From contig CM082579.2 of NCBI GenBank assembly GCA_040954595.2, positions 492,922 through 556,921 of the forward strand: a stretch of 64,000 bases of DNA, in the 5' to 3' direction. A program made the position numbers and the translations under genes. The stretch comes from Balanoglossus misakiensis (taxonomy: Eukaryota; Animalia; Hemichordata). The notes beneath the pieces were generated by a model, which ran no database searches, was not told the origin of the DNA, and saw only the letters and a program-made list of their open reading frames with translations. Position 1 is the stretch's first letter; each line of letters begins with the position of its first letter. Below are positions 52,836-64,000 of the stretch, piece by piece.

Positions 52836-55800
52836 CTGTCAATATAAAAAAATAATCGTTTGTTTGGTTTTGTTATTTGTACTCTTTGAGAATCATCGTT
52901 ATACAAGACTCGCATTTATTTCATATACAATACAACCATCACTGAGATAAATAAACACATAGACAAAGATTTAATCTCCACAGAAATGGTTCAATTTCAT
53001 TCTTCTCTATAATAATTTATTAGTAACTTTGTCATTTCAATATACTGCTATTAACACGATACACTTTTGGTACAGTTGACATTACACCAATCTCCAGTAA
53101 TGTCGACTACAGACAAGATGCCAATACCACTGTTCGGTCAGTGTGCGACACCTGGTTACAACGTTCCTGATCCACACGTAAATTCTCCCATCACCCTGAC
53201 ACAGGGGTGAAAATTAAGAAGGTTTGCCCAATGAGAGTATTTGCATACCACAGGGTAAATAAATAGGTATTGTTTAATGTCCTGACAGACATTCAGTAGT
53301 GTCAATTAATTCCCAGCTCTCTGCTTGGTAAATAACGAAGTGAAAGGATTCCTAGTGTCCGCGACAACCCATTTTGGCAGCTTTACTATTCATATGTAAA
53401 ATCTGAACCCTGCCTGCGCACTAACTCACGTTATTTATTCTGTCCACCAGCCAGCAGTTTCTGGTTACTTACTCTCTCAATAGACTAAGATAATATTCCT
53501 GTAACTTGACCAAGCTTCAAAAAAAAGAGATTTTCTGATAGTCTTGAGAATTGAAGCAAATGGCAAAGATCATCGAGTTTTATGTGAGCAAAGTCTCTGT
53601 TCCTTCAGCGGGGGATCTGTTAGTGTTGCAAGATCAGCAACAACTGTGACACTATCAACAAAACCACTGTTGATAGCATTAGAAATGATGAGAATTGGGA
53701 GTTTGACAAATACAGTCTGGTATGGGTACACAACAGACATAAACCTATCTACTGATTTCACCGATCATCAAATGTCACTGAGGCTGAGGTCACTGACAAC
53801 TCACAACAAAATGAAAGTACCTGTACCAACATTAGCACAGATTATATAACAGAAATCTCAGAGAGACACAGAAAATGTAACAATTACAAGTTTCTTTCAC
53901 AGCAGCGCGATACTTTTTGTAAATTTGGAAATGTTAGGTTTGTTAGAAGGAGAAACTGTTGCTGTGTGTATTGGGGCATTTCTGTTGAATTTCTGTTCTT
54001 TCAAGATGTCCCCGTCTTTGAAACCCTGGAGCTTCCAGTCATGAGTGTATACAATTTCCATAAAGAATTCAGTAGTTGAGAGTGTTTTTTTTTTCATGAA
54101 ACATTCATTTTTAATATTAACATTCTTTTGAAGACACCAGGTCACCCACGGTCACAACGCAACACATCATCAGAGTGGAATCTCAAAAGAATTCTTCACA
54201 AAAAAAACTACTTTACTACACATGAATAGTCTGTGCAAACGTCACATCCTTTTCTGAATCTTAAGCATAAAACTAAACATTTGTTGACGATTAAAGACTT
54301 TTCTGTTATCCTTTTTGCAATGAAAGTGATGGAATTCTGGATGCAAAGTACACCGTGAGCAGACACTCTATTGTCTTCCTGTCTAAAATTGTTGGTGGAT
54401 TTTTCTTTATAAATGGTGAGGAAGCAATCATCAAACAAACATCTCATTGATGGTCTGCCTGTAGCAATGTCTCTTGTCCCATCGTACCAACAGAAGGTAA
54501 TTGCCTCTGTGTATTGATTTATGTTGTAAATTTGGATGTAAAAATGTCTTTACTTTGTGGGTGTTTCCTTAGCCTTTGTAACGAACGCTGATAACTTTCT
54601 CTGAACTACCAGGAGACCATGTATCATTCACTGTTCAACAGAATTGGTATAAAAGACGACATTCATTAATTTTTATGAAATTTTTATTTTTAATGAATTT
54701 CACTGAGTATGTTGCAGCATACCCGAAAGCATATACTTCGTCTACAGAAATACACAGGTCACCTAGATTCTTTCCCTATATCCATAGTAGCAGGGTTGAA
54801 GTCGTCTGTATACATATGTGATGCTTCAACAAAACTGTCCTGGAGAAGACAGACTCAAGTCAACTTGAAACGCCTTGGTATTCATGTGACGAAGGTAGAC
54901 AAAGCCCGTCACAATAGCCGCCATTTTCTAGCAACATTTAGGAATGCCAGCAGTGGTACGGCAGACAGACTTTGGGGGAAACGTAACACACGCAGCCACT
55001 AACATGCATTGTGTCATGACGCAAGAATTCCTGGTCTAAGTCTAGAGTACCTGGGAACACTGCCAACTCTTGTTGGTTTTCTGTGGCACACACCATTTTT
55101 TGATGCCATTTTAAGCGAGAAATGCAGAATTTTGAGACAGAAAAACAGACTAAGTGTTAACTTTACAGACAGAAAACAACGTCAATACATCTAGAAATTT
55201 GCAACCGTGGTGTGATCGCAATAACATAGGTGTGTCTCCCACCATTAATGCCGACACTCAGACCTTAGAAATTCTCAAATGTTTTCCTCAATGGACTATC
55301 TCAGGAGACCATGCTAAGATGATTACATAACTCTTGGTCCCAGGACAGAATCTGTACTAGACAATAACTGTTCTATTCATTATCCACAGATGCCAGAGCT
55401 GTTTTCTTTTAGATGCAATCTAGTGGAAAACATTTCTGAAGACCTTTCTTATCACGGCAACTCTAAAAGGACATAACAAAGTCAAGATTACACTTGAACT
55501 GCTCAAACTCTCAATTTTAAAGACAAATGACAATAAACACCTGAAGACCCATGCCTTTGTATAATTTGCTTTTGTTTTTGTGTGCATCCCAAATTGAAAT
55601 GGTCAACAGGGAACGTTAATTAGCCCAAGGTGTTAATTGCCAAACACAGAAAAACAAAGGCTCAGGGGTTTGTTAACTGTACATAAAGCAAAATACTGGA
55701 AATAGTTGTTTCTCTATGGAGGCATAAGAGACAATATATATTCTTTATCTTTTGAGTATCTTCTTTATCAAACTGCTTTCAAGAATGTCAAATTTACAAT

Positions 55801-58800
55801 AGTTACAATTTTTAATTTTTCATATTTCAGTTTAAATTATTTTGACAGGGTTGAAATTTATCTATGTCCTACATACAGTGCGTGTCTCTCTCCTAAATCT
55901 TCCCCAAGCAAATATCTAATTTTTAGGTCATTTGCAGCAAAGGAGAAAGATCACAAAGCCTGAACACAAACGGATAAATCTGTCTTGCTTGAGTTTACTT
56001 CGTTTACAAAAGATACAATGACGCACCAACATATTTTATTGCTGTTTACAAAATCTGTATGACTAACTAACATGTAATTAGTAGGACAATGGTCAATACA
56101 TGCCTTGAAGGTTTGTCCGTACCGTTATTACATGACTTGACAAAAAATCTCGGTTGTGTGTCCTTAATGCCATGGACAATCTTTTATTAATTCCAATACC
56201 ATCTGAGCAGCGTGTAATTCAAGATACTAGCTGATTTACATCGCATACATGAACTGTGAATACCGATGTTGATTTACACTATAAACAAGATGTCCGCCAT
56301 CTTCCATCTTGCTTTTGACCCTGTCTTTTTTATTTGGAAAGAAAACTCTGAGTTGCCCAAATCATGTATTTCACACCTAAACCTAAAGATTGGTTTATAC
56401 CATTGTGTAGATAGTCTCTGAACTTTGTAGTCAGAAGGTCAACACAACAGCCTTGTACTTACACTGTCAACTGTGATCCATATGTAGGAATTTCTCAGCA
56501 ACATTAGAAATCACATTCTCAAGACTGTATATACAATTGCACATTGACTGATGCCACAAAGAATGAAAGCAAACCTGAAGTGTAAGGGGACAAGGTTAAA
56601 CACACACAACACACTTTGGTTAACCGTCCCTTACCAAGTTTGGTGTGGTGCGAACTGTTTAGATGGGTAAGATGAAAGTATAAGTAAAAGTGTTGTGTTG
56701 GACCAGGTCCTAGACTCACATACCCCCAACCCTAGAAATAGTGTGCCCTCAAACACTAAGTTGAGTTTTTATATCAATGGCAGAGAATGTACACCTTGTC
56801 ACTCATTTGGCTGCAACCAAAGTTCCTTCCCTTTTTTTTTTGAGGGTCTGTGCTGCAACCAGCCACAGCCAAATACTTTTCAGCTAAATGAGGTGTGACC
56901 AAAGTCCACAGAAATCCAAGGTCTTGTGTAAAGACTCAATGATACAAGTGTGTGCTAAAGTGTACACGATATAGAATTCTCCCACGTTTGATGTTTCCAA
57001 TCACGGTTCAAAACTAAAAGGGCGGAAAAAAGTGTACAATCCACACCCACACCTTCTGCACAAATTGGCATTCTCAGATTCATTTAGAAAGAAGATTCAA
57101 ACTCTAAACTTTAATGTGCTTTCCATTCTTGTCTCGTAATCCTCTAAACTATGCAACTGACCATCCAGTTAGAAAATCTCGTCATCTATGCAGGAATTTC
57201 TGAACCCAAGTGTCTACACTCATCATCAAAACAAAGTATCATCTCCTTGGCTTCAAACCGTCTCATCCCTTAAACAAGTCACGATAAAACTGATTTGTTG
57301 ATGAAGCATGAGAACTTATTTTGTTTTCTATTAAAGCGAAATTAATTCCTGTTGCCTACTTCAACCCGAGATGCCTGACTTCTTACCATTCCTCTGGATT
57401 ACCACTAATCCATCCTGTGTTTAACAACTTTTTGCATCCCTCTTTTCAGAAGAAAATAATGTCTGTTTTTGTCATGCAGAAAAGCTTTTCACTCAAATTT
57501 GGGGTAAAAGATACAGACCTGAAAAGGACTGGGCCTTGTTTACTCAAAACAATTCAAAGTGATTACAAATTAGAGTTTGTTGTTTCCCATCGTGTGAATT
57601 GTATCTATTGATGTTCTGTTTTCAGGGATGAAAGGCCTTCATGGTGTTTTCATCAACAATGACAAAACCCTTTCATTGAATCAATTAATTAGACTACCAA
57701 ATCCCAGTAAATACAGTTCCCACTTCATTGGTTGTCTATTCTAATTTTGGTGTTAAATATGCCCAAGAGAGCTGGATTCACTTCACCAACTTTCCTGCTA
57801 CAAAATGTGTTAATTATCGCCCTTGTTTCAGGGTGGAACGCAGACAGACTGTCTTCTGCTCCACTGTCAAGTGTTTAACTACAGTCATTGAAATAGAAGA
57901 ATCACTGAAAGACTTGTAAACACAAAAAGAGGACAAATTGTGGAACAAGCTGATTGTCATAAGTACAAGTCTGCACAAGCATCAAATGTTTCAACTTGTA
58001 TCTTTGTTACCAAAGTTCCAGTCTCACCATCATTCTCCTATTCCATCTCTGTTCATGTCTTAATATGTAATATTTTTATAAATAGGGGAAGGAATTGTTT
58101 ATCCAATAATGACAGCTGTGTAGCTGATTAAAATGAACATGTGTTCCGTGGATAAACTGTGAAAGTCAAGGTTGCCACAGTAATTAGTCAAGCTGTTGGG
58201 TTCAAATTCACAACCCAGTACATGTAATTACTTCACACTGAAATTTGGACACAAAATTTAACGTGTATTTACATCACATTGCAACAAGCATCATTACATA
58301 ATCAATAGAGTTTAGATATGCTAATTAATTTGATATTCTACTGTACTTGATTAATCTGCTGCAATATAATGACTATCTGGCAGCAGGAGTCCTGAGGTGA
58401 TGGCTAGATCACATACAAGCAAATTTATATCGGTACCATGCAAACAATCTATGGCTTAATTTTGCACTCTTGAAAGAACTGTTGAACCAGTTACTGTGGT
58501 AACCATAATAGAAAGGATATCTAAATTGACCTGTTTGGTTGGAATATTAGCTGTATCAGATAACAATGTAACACTTTATCAAATGTTACAACTGATAGTG
58601 ATATGACCGTCTTCATTGAATATTAAAGTTTTGAATTGATACAGGTATCTTTTATTTATGATATACACTGCACAGTATTAAGTTGCATAGACTCACTTTA
58701 TGAAATTATCGACTGCTTGACATTTCAGAAATCAAGAAACAACAGCTACCATTACATATGTTCAATATTTTAAAGGTTATTTTTGAAACACTGTATCTTT

Positions 58801-61800
58801 CAGAGGCAAGATTTCAATTTAGATCTCAGTTTTGGTTTGTAGTCAGAAACGGCCACACACAGAACACAGGGTTCCAGTTTGATCAGATCTTTCCTCGTGT
58901 TCCAAGATGGCTGCCAATGATGTCCTTTATCAAGTCTATGAGATTTAATGAATCCAATATGGTGGCCCCTCCGATGACTGATTTCCCTCCTAACCCAGCA
59001 CGACATTGCGGACAGACAGACTGACGGCAATTCTGAAATCCACACTGTCAGTGCCCTGCCAAAGTATGGCTATGCTGAAAGTTAACACCGTCGTCCCACC
59101 ATGGCCAATATTGGATACCCTGTTCTACGTTTGTAAATTTAACCAGGGACTGAACCTTTGTTTACGATACCCTAAATGCTGTTTAATTTTAGCATTGCAA
59201 AGATTGTCATCGCCAAACCACTGTCTCCATCAACAGGAAAACATGACCACATTCAAGTCCATCTAGACAACACTTCATATTGCAATTACCAATGTTACAA
59301 AATCAATGACGTCTTCTCACACAGACTGTGGTGGGTTTCATGTGTACATAGTACTCTTGGCAAGTTTTAGATGTACCCAGCAAATATTGATTTTGCAGGA
59401 GTCTATGGACTGTACCATTTTTCTTCCTTCTGTCACCACTTTTTCTTTCTCTACTGGTCTTTACAATGAATCACCATGAACAAACCATCCACTTCCAAAC
59501 CCTTCACAAATGAAAATTACCTAACACTTTCTCTCCATGAAAGACCCACCACAGACCAGTTTAGTTGAGGTAGTAGTATTTGTACTATTCATTGGTTGAA
59601 AATACTTCAAAGCAAACTAATCTATCATCATGACACAAAATAGTGAAAAACACGGACAGACTACCCATGTTGGTAAGATAGCAAATACAGTTGACGCAAG
59701 TCAATACGCGGGATATCAGCGATCTGGGTCTGGCAACCTTTGTCCCTCCGCCTGTACTGTCTGTCTGTTGCTTGGCTGGAAATGTGATTTACAAATCTTC
59801 ACAAACTCCTTCTCTGTGGGCCGAAAATATATCTCTGATGGAAATGTAATGTAACGTCCTGTTCATCAATTGAACCATGATGCAGTTGTGTGGGCTTTGC
59901 TTTAAAATTTTATGTCCCCATTGCCTACATCATGCATGTTTCATAAACTTTATGTCAGTGATATTTATCAGACAGTTATTGTAAAATCAGAGATTAGTTG
60001 ATGTTTATAATATCATTTCATGCTATACATACATGTACATGTAAGAGACATCAACATCCATGAAATACTGTACCTAAGTTCTAACACGTGAAAATTGTTA
60101 TCATTACATTTAAAAATAGAAAAACAGCACATTCCGTACTATTTGGGTGCAGGGAATAAGTGATGTTTGCTATTTTTTTGTAATTATTCATACCAGTATA
60201 GATAAATGCAGACCACAAGTCAGAGAACAGTTGTTATGGACAACCATCCTGATACCAAGAACCCCATCATTATATACATACACAACAAGGTATAACCAGG
60301 GAGGAGTAGAGACCAGTTCCGAACAGAGTCCAACTCTTTTCTTTCCGTTTCTGAAGATAAGATGACCTGAAAAGTACAGGGCCATTAATTTGTCTGCACA
60401 TAGTCCACAAACATCGCACCATTAGAGGGATTTTCCACCAATAAACAAAGATTACGCCATTAGGGAGTCCTTCTAAGTGTTCTTGGCAATCAAAATGTCA
60501 TTATACCCAAACTCTCATTAAGAAATTTTCAAGTCAAGTCAATGTTATTTTATTTGTGGAAAAGTTCGTGCTACATCCACTTGGACTCTTCATAGAGCTT
60601 GACTCACAGTCACATACCAATTACTTTATCAGCATTGGTTGCCCTCATCCTGACACGTTCCATGGCCATCTGATCTCGGCGATTTCATGGTTATTCCATC
60701 AACAAACCCTGTGACTTTAAGTGCCAGCTGCAGTTCAGACACCATTATCTACATTTTTACATAATCTCCCCCACCATACATTACCACTTCACTGCAAGCA
60801 CATCTCTGGTCTCCCAGATAAATATTTACAAGACGGCAAACAAACGCTCTCCAAATGACGGAAGACATGTTTTATGTCAAGCGTATCTTTTTCATCATCG
60901 GTGACATGTTCCCCCCTCACACTAGGCTCACAAAATTTTAGATCAGGATTCTGATCAAATGCCGTCAGACAGCAAACAGTCTGATCACAGTGAATATTTG
61001 TTATTTGGGTCCGACAAAAGATCAAGTTCAAATTCTTGGCATCTCAAGTGACCCCTTGAGTTCAATCCTAGCACTCTTGTGGTGTTTTAATATTGACTTC
61101 TATTGCCAAACAAGCCATATATATCAAAGTGTTGCAACTTGAAATTTCAGACCAACTCTGACACTCCCTGACCCAGTGTTAACACAGCTGTACTCAAGTG
61201 GCCTGTACCACGATTTCACAAAAAACTAAAACCATCCATTTTTGATGTCAGTGATTTATGTGTGGCAGATAATGCCCTGAACCCCGACTATCTGTCTCCA
61301 CTGTCTCATCAGACTGCCTTAGTCTACCAATGAAACGACAGACTCGCGCACAGCCCTGACGAGTCCCCATAAATCAAAATAATGAATTCACTGGTAAAGT
61401 CTCCCTAAAAGAACTCAGACCCTTTTTGCCACACATCATTGGTTTTTGTTGAAACGACTGTTGTAGACCTTTCTTGTTTAAGCTCTTGTATTAATGAACT
61501 GACCGTGTTGCTTGGCAACCAACATGTAGGTCCAGTATTTTCTGTATTCTGACACAGTTTCTGTCGGACGACTCTACCTGTTGGTCAGCCACCTGCGCAA
61601 CTAATCCTTTCCATTGTGACCTTAAATCTCCACATCACTTTCTCACCAACATGTACGCTAAATTGTACGTCTGAATTCCAATTTTGATCGTCTCAACTCT
61701 CCCAACCCATTGCAACTTGATACAAGAATACTGTACATGAACTATCTTCAACAGAAATAATTACCCAGAGGGTCATAGGGCCACTGTTTTATACCCTTCA

Positions 61801-64000
61801 GCTCATCCAACAATGGGCAGGGGTTTCGTGAAACCGGGCAGGCATCAAACACAGTACTCTGGTAAATTGCTCTGATCTCGTCAAAATTGACAGAAATGGG
61901 CAATTTACTACTTCAACTTTCATCACTTGTATTTTCTTTGTTTAAATTACACACATTAAGACTGAAAGGTGACATTTTCTATCTGCTTGTGGGATTTTGA
62001 CCTTCCACTTCTTACCGCTCCAAATACACTTGTAACTGTGATATATACCTCCACACACTGATACCAAGTTGATACCCCTACAAGACAATAGACTGTCTTT
62101 GTAACCAAATAAACAAACAAAAAGATAAACAACCCTATTAACAACAAACAAACAACTTGATACATTATACCTCAAAAAGAAACCTTGGTCTACTCTTGAT
62201 AGTGGTCTGAAGTCGCAGAAAACGTTTAATTTGCAACATCAAATACTGCACACACTTTGAGTAGTTGGAATACACAATGCTCAGTTTGAGAAATACCAGA
62301 AATGCTTAGTCTGTGGAAGTTATCAAAACAAAAGCTGAAAATAAATGGGACATTTGCACACTCTGCAACTATTTGGACATCATTCTTTGGTGGAACTGCT
62401 GTTCCCGATAGCAATTTATAAAAGTCGCGTTCGGACTGAAAGAAAGGCCTCCGTTATAGAGGAGGGGGATGACAAGAACCATATTGTGAAGATTCATTCA
62501 CAAAGCAATCACGACCAAGCAGCCTCCACACACACACACACATTCCTTGCGTCTCTACAAACTTTCCATGCGTTGTCTCAAGTTTCTTGACTGAGTTTAT
62601 TGTTGCATACTCCCCTCTGCGATGACAGTGGTATCCGTCTCAACCAACTTGGAGATGTTTGTTGTATCCAACTGTTTATACTGATGACCTACACAAACAG
62701 CTTCCCATGATACAGTGTAACCCACTGCAGAAGCCATTAGATTCCAATTCAGGGCTAAAAATACTGATCGGGATCGAGAATACGCGCTGTATGAATGCTT
62801 GTCTTGTGTGGCTACCAATCGCAGTAACAAGAACAACGAGATGAACCAAACTTTGATCTTTCAAATTCCATCCTTTGCCCTTAGCGCAACTTATCAACGA
62901 CAAGAACTCTGGTTTCATTTTTATTCAACGCTAACAGAACATCTCATGTTTCAACAATGTCACCAGACTGCTGAATTGCAAAGTAATTCTTTCCAAGTTC
63001 CAGATATGAATGAAGTTCTCAAGATTTTACACTTCTGGCATATGTGACAGGCCCATTTAAATCTTGCAAGGTAATCTTGCCAGTGTAAACTGTCTGTATG
63101 TGGTTTATAGCTAGTTAGAATCGATCTGGTGTTTTCAGGGCGAATACAGGTTTTTCAGAACTTAAAATCACTGGTTCAGATTCTAGACAAGTGGTGAACA
63201 CAGGAAGCATGGTTGACTATCCACAAATCTTGTTGGGTTCAGTTTTCATGATGTTTACATCAACTGTCTCCGACTGAACCAAAAACAGCTGCATTTACAT
63301 TAAATATACTAAATATAACACTGAAAATATGACCATGGTAGCAAAACTGAAATGCAGTTGTTTAAAATCTTTAATACATAGGGTGAAAAGGAACTATGTC
63401 AAATGTTTCTCAGCAAGTGATTTCATTGTTTCTCCAGATGGATGTAGCTAATGATTATCAGAAAGCTTTCTACAGGGCACTTCACTTTATCGCAGAGATT
63501 TGAAGCTGTCAACCACATATGCCAGACTGGAGGATAAAAAGGAAATTACAGAAAATGAAACGTCCCACGCTGGTTCTCAGACAGTCACCCCTGAACCTCT
63601 ACCCACTGTGCTAAACCCTAGCCATCACTGGTGGATGTGATATATCTGGGTGGTACATGTCCAGGGGGTAAGCGTCCTGAATCCCTTCACATCAAATGAC
63701 CAGTTGAGCCTTGGCCTCAAAGGCGAACTGATCAACTTGGAATTCACACTTTCCAAAAGTTAAACATTCGGTAAAACTGGTTTGAAAAAGCAACCTAAAC
63801 AATACAATTAAAACAAACATTTTTCTTTATGCCTTCTGACTATACAGTCAAGTATAAGTTTTACAGTGAAAGATGTAACACAAATATTTGTCCTGTTTCA
63901 AGGCATATGTTTGGCAAGTCTGCAGCATTGCCTTTTTTCCATTCCATCTGTTTGACAAGTTCACATCATTGGAATTTCCTCCATCAAAGAATGCCGCTGC
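52836..64000 (-). other. Large intron of the Dachsous gene (no coding exon recognised)
   Basis: The exon at 52835 begins mid-cadherin repeat after a cag acceptor. No cadherin-like or other convincing ORF appears in the remaining 11 kb. Confidence 0.7.

Noticed and set aside
58546-58600. Small imperfect hairpin in the Dachsous intron, considered as a pre-miRNA
   Set aside because: The stem is short and AT-rich with a large asymmetric bulge, and it matches no conserved miRNA I recognise.

Overview
AT-rich, intron-containing animal genomic DNA from an invertebrate. An ambulacrarian deuterostome (hemichordate or echinoderm) is plausible, but that is inference. The first ~37 kb is gene-dense: WDR61/SKIC8 (-), SMU1 (+), an unrecognised 3-exon secreted precursor with a six-cysteine knottin-like core (-), SPCS3 (+), USP46/USP12 (-), RPL21 (+), LCMT2/TYW4 (+), two tandem proteinase K/aqualysin-like S8 proteases (-) and an F-box/LRR gene of the LRRC29/FBXL9 type (+). 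The remainder is the 3' part of a Dachsous protocadherin (-), followed by >11 kb of apparently intronic sequence running off the window end. Most notable: (1) the orphan knottin-type preproprotein, which is missed by the ORF track because it is spliced; (2) a mosaic of near-identical and diverged blocks between the two proteases, suggesting partial gene conversion; (3) a U12-type minor intron in WDR61; (4) a candidate long box C/D RNA in RPL21 intron 1 with 18S complementarity; (5) possible alternative N-termini of USP46/12; (6) conserved USP12/46-RPL21 head-to-head synteny. All gene models were assembled by eye and no database searches were run.
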